Shown here one piece after another: positions 10,101 through 19,331 of a stretch of 64,000 bases of DNA (positions are counted from its first letter, which is position 1; each line of letters starts with the position of its first letter). Origin of the DNA: an uncultured Ruminococcus sp. (GTDB taxonomy: Bacteria > Bacillota > Clostridia > Oscillospirales > CAG-272). Made by a program: the position numbers and the translations under genes. The notes beneath the pieces are model-generated. The model was not told where the DNA came from and searched no databases. It saw only the letters and a list, made by a program, of their open reading frames with translations. The stretch covers positions 35,452 to 99,451 of the forward strand of contig CAZUUA010000001.1 in the NCBI GenBank assembly GCA_964623635.1. The letters run 5' to 3'.

Positions 10101-11576
10101 TCACGCTTCCGGGAAGAACATATCCCGTACCTTTTCGTAGTGGGTCATGACGGTGTTTTCCTTTTGCGCCACATAGGTTGGCAGTGCGGTGTTGCCTCTC
10201 AGGATCTCGGCAGTCTTATACACGAATCCGTTGAAGGCGTCGTACACGAAGCTGAAGTCCAAACTGCGGCCGTTGAGCACCAGGTCGATCATGGCAATGG
10301 ACGCTTCGTCACGGGCGCCCTTGTATTTCAGCACCACATCGTAATACTGGGGCTGTACGGTCTTCCAGGTCTCGGCCGACAGTGCGGCAAACATGGTCCC
10401 CACCAGTTCATCTCGCATAGCGGTCAGCGGAATGGCAGAGGAGCTGTAGGAGCCGCCGGCCACGGTATAGTAGCTGTCCTGTTCTTCATTATATTTCGGA
10501 TAGGGAATGATACCGTAGTCAAAGTCGCAGTCTTCCCGGTACACCGACACCGATTCGCCCAGTACGCCGGTGACGAAAATAGCCGACTGGCTGATGAAGG
10601 TATCCTGGTAGCCGAGGGTGTCTGTGGTCACGTTGTAGGAGCCCTGGCTGCCGTACAGCAGTGTCTTCAGCTTTTCGATGGCATCCACAGAGCGTTCGCT
10701 GGTGCCAAAGAGCAGGGTGATCTCGCCGGTCTGGGACATCTCCATGACGTCCAGATCAAAGGAGTACAGGTAGGCTACGGTGGAGTTGGTCTTTTCGCCG
10801 GAGAAGCCGTACAGGTCCCCGTTGCCCACCACGCCGTCACCGTTCAGATCCTGGTACACGGACGCCACGTTCTGCAGCAGATAATCGACGGTCCAGCGGC
10901 CTTCGTTGACCACGGTATAGGGATCCTCCATGCCGTTGTCTGCGATCAGGTCCTTGTTGAAGAAGTAGCAATAGGTGTTGGAGGACAGGGACAGGCAGAT
11001 GTCGCTGGGGATCAGGAACATTTTGTTGTTGATGGTCAGATTGCCCACGGCCACCTGGGGATACCAGGGCTTGGTGAAATCGATGTTCAGCTCCTTGGCG
11101 TTGCGGAAAATGCCTTGTACCGCATACTTGCCGGTGTACATGGTGTGCCCCATATAGAGGTCGTATTCATCGTTGCCGGCCAGAACGGAGTTCTTGATGT
11201 CCATGGCAAGCTGTTCCTCGGCGCCTACATTGTGGACGATGTTGGCATTGAACCGATCCTCCACGTTCATGTTCCGGTTGTAGACGGCATCGTTCAGCAC
11301 GTCCCCGGTCAGCTCTTCCACGTACTGGAAATCCGCATACCGTTCCTGGTACAGCATCCGGTAGTCCTCACCACCGAAGTCGTGTTTGCCCAGATCATCG
11401 TCGATGCGCTTTCGGGCTTCCAAAGAGTCGGTCTCTTCTTCGGTATCTGTGGCAGCAGGCGTGGTATCGGCGGTGGTGACTGCTGTGGTCTCTTCCGTCT
11501 GTCCGCACGCCGCAAAGGACGTGGAGACCAGCAGTGCAGCCAGCAGCAGGGTGAGGTTATGTTTTCCGTTTTTCAT
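10101..11576 (-). CDS. Extracellular solute-binding lipoprotein (carbohydrate ABC type), no linked permease
   Basis: I place the start at the ATG 7 nt after AAAGGAG (MKNGKHNLTLLLAALLVSTSFAACG; lipobox FAAC). It is paralogous to the CDSs at 11663-13102 and 47327-48781, sharing a W-T-(I/V)-D-(Y/E) core and an L/T-(N/D)-G-(D/N)-G tract (GRWTVDYL...DLNGDG, GGWTIDEM...DLNGDG, GDWTIDYF...DTDGNG). Confidence 0.8.
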   Translation of the reverse strand: MKNGKHNLTLLLAALLVSTSFAACGQTEETTAVTTADTTPAATDTEEETDSLEARKRIDDDLGKHDFGGEDYRMLYQERYADFQYVEELTGDVLNDAVYNRNMNVEDRFNANIVHNVGAEEQLAMDIKNSVLAGNDEYDLYMGHTMYTGKYAVQGIFRNAKELNIDFTKPWYPQVAVGNLTINNKMFLIPSDICLSLSSNTYCYFFNKDLIADNGMEDPYTVVNEGRWTVDYLLQNVASVYQDLNGDGVVGNGDLYGFSGEKTNSTVAYLYSFDLDVMEMSQTGEITLLFGTSERSVDAIEKLKTLLYGSQGSYNVTTDTLGYQDTFISQSAIFVTGVLGESVSVYREDCDFDYGIIPYPKYNEEQDSYYTVAGGSYSSSAIPLTAMRDELVGTMFAALSAETWKTVQPQYYDVVLKYKGARDEASIAMIDLVLNGRSLDFSFVYDAFNGFVYKTAEILRGNTALPTYVAQKENTVMTHYEKVRDMFFPEA

Positions 11577-11662
11577 ATAGGTGCTCCTTTTCAAAAAGAT
11601 GATGGGGATACGACAAGCAGGCAGGTCGGCGATCGGGTAGCTCCACGGACTTTCCTGCGTCC

Positions 11663-13102
11663 TTACGAATTGAGCTTATGGAAGCTGTCCAGTACCTCTT
11701 CCAGTGCAGTTTCCTGGGCGGTCTTGTTGGAGGCAAGGAAGGAGGAGATGCTTTCGTTGCCCTTGCCCATTTCGGCATACAGGGCGTCGCTGAACTTGGT
11801 ACCCACGATCTTGATCACGTAGGAGATGCTGTCGTGGATCAGATCCAGCATGGCGGCGGATTCTTCGTCCCGTGCGGACTTGCCCTTCAGCATGGTGTCA
11901 AAGTAGGCCGGCAGCAGCGCTACACTGGAGTAGTACGCCATTTCCTCCATGACCGTACCGGCAAAGGTCTGGTCGCCAACGGTCACCGGCACCAGCAGGG
12001 CATGGGCATTGGGGCTGACATTCCAGTATTTCTCCTGATCGACGCTGTACTTGGGAGAGGGCAGGATACCAAAGTCCGTGTCCATTTCCCGCATGGCGGC
12101 CGTGCTTGCCAGTGTACCGCCATAGAACAAGGCGTGTCCGCTCATGAACTGCTCAACGGAGCCGTCCTTATAGTTGTCGTCGTCCTTGATGAAATGGAAC
12201 ACTCTTTCGTATATGTCCGTGAACCGTTCGGTGAAGCAGTAGAAGTAGGGGATACCGTCCTCGCCTTGCATCATGATCTCCGATTCACAGCCGGTCAACA
12301 GCAGCTCTCCGATGCCGACCACGCCCCACATGATGGTACCAACCCGGTCGTCGTTTATAGTCATCTTACCGTCGCCGTTCAGGTCGGAGACAGCCAGCGT
12401 GCCCATCCGCTGCATTTCATCGATGGTCCAGCCGCCGTCCTTCACCAGTGTATACAGGTCGCCCAGCTGCAGATCCTCTGCAAGTCCCTTGTTGAAGTAT
12501 ATGGCACGTGCGTTGTCCATTTGGGTGAAGATGGTGTCGTTGAAGGTGTAGAACAGGTGTCCGTTAAAGGAGAGCTTGTCCTCAGCGTTGTGGTCCCACC
12601 AAGCCTTGGTCAGGTCGATGGCAGGCATATCGTACAGGTCGATGCAGTAGTTCTGCACCACCAGGCTCATGATGTTGGTCAGATCCACAAAGGTCATGTG
12701 GGCAAAATCGTCTCCGGCGGCAATATTGGATTTGATCTGAGACAGGGTGCCTTCATTGACGGTGATCACACAGCCCAGCTTTTCTTCCGTGCTGATACAG
12801 CGGTTGTACATGGCATCGTTCAGGGCATCCCCGGTGGTCTCCTCCGGATAGATGTCGGTGCTGACATATTTGCCTTCGTTGTAGTAACCGTTCAGGATCA
12901 CATATTCCTGTCCGTTAAAATTGTCCGTGAACGCCGGCGGTACACGAGTGGGATCGGTGGTCTCGACCGGTGTGGTGTCTTCTGCTTGATTTTGTTCGCC
13001 GGTGGTGTTGGGTGTTTTACCGGTGTCGCTCTCACCACAGGACGGCAGAACGGAAGCACAGAGCAGTGCTGCCAGAAGCAACGGAAGGATATGTTTTTTC
13101 AT
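11663..13102 (-). CDS. Extracellular solute-binding lipoprotein (carbohydrate ABC type), no linked permease
   Basis: I place the start at MKKHILPLLLAALLCASVLPSCG (lipobox LPSC), preceded by AGGAG. It is a tandem paralog of the preceding gene. Confidence 0.8.
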   Translation of the reverse strand: MKKHILPLLLAALLCASVLPSCGESDTGKTPNTTGEQNQAEDTTPVETTDPTRVPPAFTDNFNGQEYVILNGYYNEGKYVSTDIYPEETTGDALNDAMYNRCISTEEKLGCVITVNEGTLSQIKSNIAAGDDFAHMTFVDLTNIMSLVVQNYCIDLYDMPAIDLTKAWWDHNAEDKLSFNGHLFYTFNDTIFTQMDNARAIYFNKGLAEDLQLGDLYTLVKDGGWTIDEMQRMGTLAVSDLNGDGKMTINDDRVGTIMWGVVGIGELLLTGCESEIMMQGEDGIPYFYCFTERFTDIYERVFHFIKDDDNYKDGSVEQFMSGHALFYGGTLASTAAMREMDTDFGILPSPKYSVDQEKYWNVSPNAHALLVPVTVGDQTFAGTVMEEMAYYSSVALLPAYFDTMLKGKSARDEESAAMLDLIHDSISYVIKIVGTKFSDALYAEMGKGNESISSFLASNKTAQETALEEVLDSFHKLNS

Positions 13103-13537
13103 ACGGGATACTCCTTTTTTACCAATAGGCATGGTCATAAGATATTAGAATAGAATAACACACATTCATGAATCGCATACCGGGATATGATGAACAAAAT
13201 GTAAATATTACAGGATTGTTACGAAAAAACGCCGATCCCGCAGAACCGACGCTTTTGGAAAATAGTTGCGATGGATATGCCGTGTACAGCAGGATAGCAT
13301 GGCACGCATAAAAGCTGGGTGGGGAGACCACGCTGCGACCTTGTGCGCATTGACGTAAGGGCGCCATGGCTGTATCACTTTCCGGAGAAAAAGAAAATTT
13401 TTCCTCCAAAATCCCATTTTTTCACAGGCCGGGGATGTACAAACGGGAAAAAATATGGTATACTAATCCCGTACCTGTTCTTCGCCGGCTTTTTTGCGGC
13501 GACGACAGATATACGACAAACGATAAGGAAACAGAAC

Positions 13538-13942
13538 ATGATAGAAAAATTCATGGAAGGGAAGGATCCCTTTCAGATGTCGGCGGCTTCTCTGGCGTAC
13601 CTGGGAGATGCTGTCTACGAGATCCAGGTGCGTACCGCTCTGGTGGCAGCCGGTGTGAAAAGCCCCAGCGTGGCTTCTCTGCGCTATGTGACTGCCACGG
13701 CCCAGTGCCGGGTGGTGGAGAAGGTGCTGCCCCATCTCAACGAAAAAGAAGCGGACATCTATCGCCGGGGCCGGAACTGCGTCCACAATATGCCGCCGAA
13801 AAGCTGTACCATGGCAGAATATCGCCGGGCTACGGGACTGGAAGCACTGTTCGGTTATCTGTGGCTCTCCGGTGAGAACGAGCGGCTGGCAGAGCTGTGC
13901 AGCATTGGCTTTGCCGGTACAGAGCTGGCTTTGGAAACCTGA
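13538..13942 (+). CDS. mrnC: Mini-ribonuclease 3
   Basis: Internal ATG with an AAGGAA RBS. The motifs AASLAYLGDAVYEIQVR and ATGLEALFGYLWL are typical of Mini-III RNase. Confidence 0.85.
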   Translation: MIEKFMEGKDPFQMSAASLAYLGDAVYEIQVRTALVAAGVKSPSVASLRYVTATAQCRVVEKVLPHLNEKEADIYRRGRNCVHNMPPKSCTMAEYRRATGLEALFGYLWLSGENERLAELCSIGFAGTELALET

Positions 13943-14036
13943 ATACATTTACACAGGAAGACGATCCCGAAGAGAAAAACGGTCGCCTGTCCTGCGCATC
14001 TACATCAAAATAACATTCGAACCGAGGTAGTAAAAT

Positions 14037-15230
14037 ATGAAATACATTGCCATCATTGGATTTGGCGTGGTCGGCGGTGGGATCGCTGCCGTGCTGGACG
14101 AAAACAAAGAGGCGATCCGGGCAACCGTTGGAGAAGCGGTGGAGGTAAAATACATCCTGGATCTGCGGGATTTCCCGGATTCTCCCTATGGCGACCGGGT
14201 GGTACATACCATCGATCCCATTGTGAATGACCCGGACGTGGCGCTGGTATGTGAGACCATGGGCGGCTCTCATCCGGCACTGGAATACACCCTGCAACTG
14301 CTGTCTGCCGGCAAGAGCGTGGTCACCTCCAACAAGGAGGTTGTGGCGAACTTTGGAGACCAGATGTTAGCCTGTGCCGCCGAGCATGGGGTGAACTACC
14401 TGTTTGAAGCCAGCGTTGGCGGTGGGATCCCGGTGATCCGCAGTATGCTGACCGCTCTGGCCGGGGAAAACATCACCCGGATCGACGGTATCCTCAACGG
14501 GACCACCAACTATATCTTGACCCGTATGCGGGACGAAGGCAGCGACTACGAGACCGTTTTAGCCGATGCACAGAAGCTGGGGTATGCCGAACGAAACCCG
14601 GCTGCCGACGTGGACGGGATCGATGCCCAGCGCAAGATCATCATCCTGACCGCTTTGGCCACCGGGAAGCTGATCCCGGCAGAAAAGGTGTATGCAGAGA
14701 CCATGCGTCACATTTCTGCGGCCGATATGGAGGGTGCGAAAAAATGCGGCGGTGCCATCAAGCTCATTGGCTCTGCCCGGATCACAGACGAGATATCGCT
14801 GTATGTGGCGCCCCGGATCGTGCCGGACACCTGTATGCTGTCCCACATCGACGACGTGTACAACGGGATCAGTGTGACCACAACCATGCTGGGAGACGTG
14901 TTGTACTACGGTCGTGGCGCCGGACGGTTCCCCACGGCATCGGCGGTGGTGGCAGACGTGTGCGGCGTCCTGTCCGGTGCAGCCATGCAGGAGAAGCGGC
15001 CTACCTTCACCGTGACCACCGAAGGCGTGACAGACTTTGATACCATTCCCTTCACCTATTACGTTCGCTTTGTGTCTCCCGTGCCGGAAAAGGAACTGAC
15101 GGAGCTGGCAGACACGGCAGAAAAGCTGTCGGATACCGAATGGAAGCTCGGCAAGCTGTCGAAAACGGAACTGACGGCTCTGTTCCGAAAGCTGCAGGCA
15201 CAGCCGGAATCGATCATACGGATCCTGTGA
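14037..15230 (+). CDS. hom: Homoserine dehydrogenase
   Basis: N-terminal NAD motif IAIIGFGVVGGG, the catalytic-domain motif LNGTTNYILT, and a C-terminal ACT-like region. Confidence 0.9.
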   Translation: MKYIAIIGFGVVGGGIAAVLDENKEAIRATVGEAVEVKYILDLRDFPDSPYGDRVVHTIDPIVNDPDVALVCETMGGSHPALEYTLQLLSAGKSVVTSNKEVVANFGDQMLACAAEHGVNYLFEASVGGGIPVIRSMLTALAGENITRIDGILNGTTNYILTRMRDEGSDYETVLADAQKLGYAERNPAADVDGIDAQRKIIILTALATGKLIPAEKVYAETMRHISAADMEGAKKCGGAIKLIGSARITDEISLYVAPRIVPDTCMLSHIDDVYNGISVTTTMLGDVLYYGRGAGRFPTASAVVADVCGVLSGAAMQEKRPTFTVTTEGVTDFDTIPFTYYVRFVSPVPEKELTELADTAEKLSDTEWKLGKLSKTELTALFRKLQAQPESIIRIL

Positions 15231-15233
15231 GGA

Positions 15234-15288
15234 AAATCAGAAGCATGAAATAAGAAGTCAGAAGTCGCTTTTGTAAGTCAGAAGTGGC
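15234..15288 (+). repeat. Heptad repeat run of AAGTCAG type (site 1 of 5)
   Basis: The run reads AAATCAG AAGCATG AAATAAG AAGTCAG AAGTCGC ...AGTCAG AAGTGGC. It starts immediately after the hom stop. Confidence 0.7.
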
Positions 15289-15364
15289 TTAGGCTTTTCG
15301 TACCCACAAAAAACAAAGGTATCACCGGTCACAACAGATGATACCTTTTTGAAACATCAGCGAT

Positions 15365-15394
15365 CTTTCATTTCTGCCTTCTGCCTTCTCACTT
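15365..15394 (-). repeat. Heptad repeat run of AAGGCAG type (site 2 of 5)
   Basis: The minus strand reads AAGTGAG AAGGCAG AAGGCAG AAATGAA. The run starts on the coaW stop codon. Confidence 0.65.
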
Positions 15395-16237
15395 TGCCCG
15401 GACGCCTGCCAGAGCTGCGCCGATGACGGTGCCGAAGCGGGCGTTTTCCGGGATCTGGAAGCGCATATCGAACATGGTGTTCAGTGTATCGAATACTTCC
15501 TTGGCGTAAGCGACGCTGGTCAGGTTGCCGGTCAGGACCACATCCTTGATCTGGTAGTTCCGGGCTGCGAAGATGGAGATCATACCGATGGTCTCGAAGA
15601 CCATATTCAAAAGTCCCTTGGCGATGTCGTTTTTGTTTGCCATATCGCTGACCTTGCCGAAGTTGGAAGCGGTCATGGTGTCGCCGAAGCCGGGCACGAT
15701 GTCGTTCCGGGAGATGTCCTTGATCTTCAGGTCCACGTTGGACAAAAAGCCGTTTTCCGCCATTTTTTCGATGTGCTGGATATTTTCCAGTCCCAGCAGC
15801 TTTTTGGACAGCCCCATGAGCGTACCACCGCCCACACCGGTACCGCCCAGGTATAGCGGATCACTGTCCTTGGTGGCATAGACCAATGCTGTCCCGGTGC
15901 CGCAGCTGGTGATGATGGCATGATCCAGACCGGAGAGATAGAGTCCGCCCAGCCCGTTGGCCCGGAATTCTTCGATCCGTTCATAGGGCAGGTCGTAGAT
16001 GGGTTTGGTGATGTAGGTGGAGCCCACACCGGTGATCATGACCTTTTCGATGTCCGAAAGAGCCAGATCGTTGTTTACGAGAAATTTACCGAATGCGCCA
16101 TAGATCGACGTAATGGGGTCGGTCGCACGCACGAACAAAGGCGCAATGAGCTGCCACTGTCCTTCTTTTATACCAAAGCCGACGATCTTGGTGGTGCTGC
16201 CACCGACGTCGATGCCGATAACGATGCCTGATGCCAT
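15389..16237 (-). CDS. coaW: Type II pantothenate kinase
   Basis: Start at MASGIVIGIDVGGSTTKIV. It is colinear by eye with the staphylococcal-type CoaW (GTGTA..., GGTGVGGGTLMGL, NFG). Confidence 0.8.
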   Translation of the reverse strand: MASGIVIGIDVGGSTTKIVGFGIKEGQWQLIAPLFVRATDPITSIYGAFGKFLVNNDLALSDIEKVMITGVGSTYITKPIYDLPYERIEEFRANGLGGLYLSGLDHAIITSCGTGTALVYATKDSDPLYLGGTGVGGGTLMGLSKKLLGLENIQHIEKMAENGFLSNVDLKIKDISRNDIVPGFGDTMTASNFGKVSDMANKNDIAKGLLNMVFETIGMISIFAARNYQIKDVVLTGNLTSVAYAKEVFDTLNTMFDMRFQIPENARFGTVIGAALAGVRAK

Positions 16238-16431
16238 AACGATTTTTAGATCCTTTCCCACAATGTATAGTTCAGTATACCACAGATGGGGCAGCCTTGT
16301 CAACACCTTGTGCCGCTTTTTCTTCTGTGTGGCGGCTTTTCGGTTCATGCTTCAGAAGAAAACAAAGGCTGCTATGGCAAAAAAACACAAAATCAAAATA
16401 TACACATATCAACCAGAATGGAGAACATACT

Positions 16432-17271
16432 ATGATCAAGAATACAGACCCTAAGGGTCGCATGGCGGAGAAGGAGCTGTTCATTTTCGATATGGACGGC
16501 ACCATCTATTTAGGCGGCAATCCCTTTCCCTTTGCCATCGACTTTATCAAGAAGCTGCGGGCCCACGGGAAACGGGTGATGTTTTTCACCAACAACGCCT
16601 CCCACAATCCGAAGTTCTATCTGGAAAAGCTGACCCGGCTGGGGTATGAACCGACTGCCGAGGAGATCTGCACCTCCGGCAACGTGACCATCGCTTTTCT
16701 GACCCGGAAGAGAGCCGGCAAAAAGGTCTATCTGCTGGGCACGCCGGAGCTGTGGGAGCAGATGCACGAAGGCGGCGTAGAGCTGGTCTGTGACCGGAAC
16801 GGCCGTCCTACTGGGGAAAAAGCAGACATTGTGGTCACCAGCTTTGACACCACACTGGACTACGAAAAAATGACCGTGACCTGTGATTTCGTGCGGTATG
16901 GTGCGGAGTATCTCTCCACGCACCCGGACTTCAACTGCCCCACCGAGACCGGCTTTATTCCGGACAGCGGCGCCATTGCAGCCTTTGTGACCGCTTCCAC
17001 CGGTGTGACGCCCACCTATTTTGGCAAGCCCTATCCGGAGACAGTGGACATGATCGAGGAGATCACCGGCCTGGACAGAAGCAAAATGTGCATCTTTGGC
17101 GACCGGCTGTACACGGACATTGCCACAGGCAGACGGCATGGGATCCTGTCCTGCTTGGTGCTGACCGGCGAGACCACCGAAGCAGACGTGGATGCTGCCA
17201 CCGACGCCGACAAGCCGGATCTGCTGTACGATTCTCTGGCGGAGGTAGACGAGACGATTTTTGGGAAGTAA
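16432..17271 (+). CDS. HAD-IIA family hydrolase (NagD-like sugar phosphatase)
   Basis: Start at MIKNT with a GGAGA RBS. HAD motif I is FIFDMDGTIYLG. The family is supported by FFTNNAS, and motif IV is GDRLYTDI. Confidence 0.8.
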   Translation: MIKNTDPKGRMAEKELFIFDMDGTIYLGGNPFPFAIDFIKKLRAHGKRVMFFTNNASHNPKFYLEKLTRLGYEPTAEEICTSGNVTIAFLTRKRAGKKVYLLGTPELWEQMHEGGVELVCDRNGRPTGEKADIVVTSFDTTLDYEKMTVTCDFVRYGAEYLSTHPDFNCPTETGFIPDSGAIAAFVTASTGVTPTYFGKPYPETVDMIEEITGLDRSKMCIFGDRLYTDIATGRRHGILSCLVLTGETTEADVDAATDADKPDLLYDSLAEVDETIFGK

Positions 17272-17340
17272 AACAAAGCAGAGTGTTCCTTCTCTGTTTT
17301 GACATATACAGCAACACTTGCAGAAAGGAAATACTGCGCT

Positions 17341-18390
17341 ATGACTATGCTGGCGTTTTTTGAGCAGCTGACCCAAAGTCCCATGCTGCTTGTTTCCACC
17401 ATCCTGACACTGGGTGTGATCCTTGTGAACGGATGGACGGATGCGCCCAATGCCATTGCCACCTGCGTTTCCACCAGAGCCATTGGAGTACGAAAGGCGA
17501 TTCTGATGGCAGCGGTGTTCAACTTCTTAGGCGTTCTGGTGATGACATCCCTGAATGCTTCGGTTGCCATGACCATTTACAACATTGCCGATTTTGGCGG
17601 CGACCCGCAAACGTCCCTGATCGCGCTCTGTGCCGCTATGGCTGCCATTGTGATCTGGGCTACGGCCGCCTGGTATTTCGGCATTCCCACCAGTGAGAGC
17701 CACGCCCTGATCGCCGGTATCTCCGGTGCTGCCGTTGCCATCCAGAACAGATTTTCCGGTATCAACGGCGGCGAATGGATCAAGGTTTTGTACGGGATCG
17801 TGCTGTCCACGGTGCTGGGGTTTGCCATGGGCTTTCTTTCGTCCCGGCTGGTGGTGTTCTGCTTCCGGGACAAAAACCGGCTAAAGTGTGAGAAATTCTT
17901 CTCCGGTGCCCAGGTGGCCGGCGGTGCTGCTATGGCGTTCATGCACGGTGCCCAGGACGGACAAAAATTCATGGCCATCTTCCTGTTAGGTGCAGCCTTT
18001 TCCAGCGGCAACGCAGAGGCCACCAGCTTTACGGTACCCCTGTGGCTCATGATCGTATGCTCTGCCGTCATGGGACTGGGCACCTCCATCGGCGGCTACC
18101 GGATCATCAAATCCGTGGGCATGGACATGGTCAAGCTCAAGCCTTATCAAGGCTTTGCGGCGGATCTGTCTGCCACCCTGTGTCTGCTGCTGTCTTCTCT
18201 GACCGGCATTCCCGTCAGCACGACCCACACCAAGACCACGGCCATCATGGGTGTTGGTGCGGCACGGCGGATCAGCAACGTGAATTGGAGCGTGGTGAAG
18301 GAGCTGGTGCTGACCTGGGTATGTACCTTCCCCGGCTGCGGTCTGTTGGGATTCGGTATGGCAAAACTGTTTTTGGCATTATTTGCATAA
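17341..18390 (+). CDS. Inorganic phosphate transporter, PiT family
   Basis: A polytopic protein with the duplicated PiT signature (NGWTDAPNAIAT; HGAQDGQKFMA). The start is uncertain and could be 17299 or 17341. Confidence 0.85.
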   Translation: MTMLAFFEQLTQSPMLLVSTILTLGVILVNGWTDAPNAIATCVSTRAIGVRKAILMAAVFNFLGVLVMTSLNASVAMTIYNIADFGGDPQTSLIALCAAMAAIVIWATAAWYFGIPTSESHALIAGISGAAVAIQNRFSGINGGEWIKVLYGIVLSTVLGFAMGFLSSRLVVFCFRDKNRLKCEKFFSGAQVAGGAAMAFMHGAQDGQKFMAIFLLGAAFSSGNAEATSFTVPLWLMIVCSAVMGLGTSIGGYRIIKSVGMDMVKLKPYQGFAADLSATLCLLLSSLTGIPVSTTHTKTTAIMGVGAARRISNVNWSVVKELVLTWVCTFPGCGLLGFGMAKLFLALFA

Positions 18391-18402
18391 GGAGATATTA
18401 CC

Positions 18403-19023
18403 ATGGCGAAAAAGAGCAACGACTATTTTGCTCTGATCCAGAGCCAAACCTCGTACGCTGTCAAGGCCTCTGACCTGCTGGAGGAGATCCTGACCGGGTT
18501 TCAGGCAGGGAACGTAGCCGACTACCGTAGCCGGATGCACGAGATCGAGAACACCGCAGACGGTATCCACCACGACATTCTGCAAAAGCTGTCCACAGAG
18601 TTCATCACGCCCATCGACCAGGAGGACATCCTGCGGCTGGTGCAGATCATCGATGACATCACCGACGCACTGGACGAGGTGATCCTGGACATCTATATGT
18701 ACTGCATCGAAGCGGTGCCGCCACGGACAGTGGAGCTGTCCCACGTGGTGAACCGGTGCGTCAAGGCACTGGACGAAGCGGCCGGGGAACTGAAGAACTT
18801 CAAGAAGCCGGAGAATCTGCGTGCGCTGCTGGTGAAGGTCAACGATATCGAGATCGAAGCGGATGCGATCTACATCGAAGCGATCCACGCCTTGTTTGGC
18901 TCTGCTGCCGACGGAAAGGTGCTGATGGGCTCCAAGGCGGTGTATGAGGCGCTGGAGAACTGCTGTGACCTATGTGAGCACGCAGCGGACGTGATCGAGC
19001 AGATCGTGATCAAGAACACGTAA
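18403..19023 (+). CDS. DUF47 family protein (PhoU-like PiT accessory protein)
   Basis: 206 aa, helical, located immediately downstream of the PiT gene. This is the conserved pairing. Confidence 0.8.
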   Translation: MAKKSNDYFALIQSQTSYAVKASDLLEEILTGFQAGNVADYRSRMHEIENTADGIHHDILQKLSTEFITPIDQEDILRLVQIIDDITDALDEVILDIYMYCIEAVPPRTVELSHVVNRCVKALDEAAGELKNFKKPENLRALLVKVNDIEIEADAIYIEAIHALFGSAADGKVLMGSKAVYEALENCCDLCEHAADVIEQIVIKNT

Positions 19024-19120
19024 GTGGCAAGGGACCCCGATGGGCAAACCGGTATACGCCGTACGCTGGTACAAAACCAAAGAAAATACTTTTGAAAAGT
19101 GCAGAAAGGATGAGGACTAT

Positions 19121-19258
19121 ATGAAAAGATCAAAGTATGTGCATCGAATGCTTCTTGGTATTTTGGCGATGCTGCTTTGCTTGCCTATCGCTTTTCTGCC
19201 ATGGCCTTCCAGAAAGAGGTCACCTTCAATGCTGAGATCGAGCTTTTTGGTACGATAA
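19121..19258 (+). CDS. Possible small membrane protein (45 aa)
   Basis: The ATG is preceded by AAAGGATGAGG, and there is a hydrophobic core LLGILAMLLCLPIAFL. I recognise no homology. Confidence 0.25.
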   Translation: MKRSKYVHRMLLGILAMLLCLPIAFLPWPSRKRSPSMLRSSFLVR

Positions 19259-19331
19259 AAGCAGAATAAGGCAAGGACACCCCAAAAAGCCTGACAGCAT
19301 AGACACCACTGCCGGCTCCCTCTGACCACCT

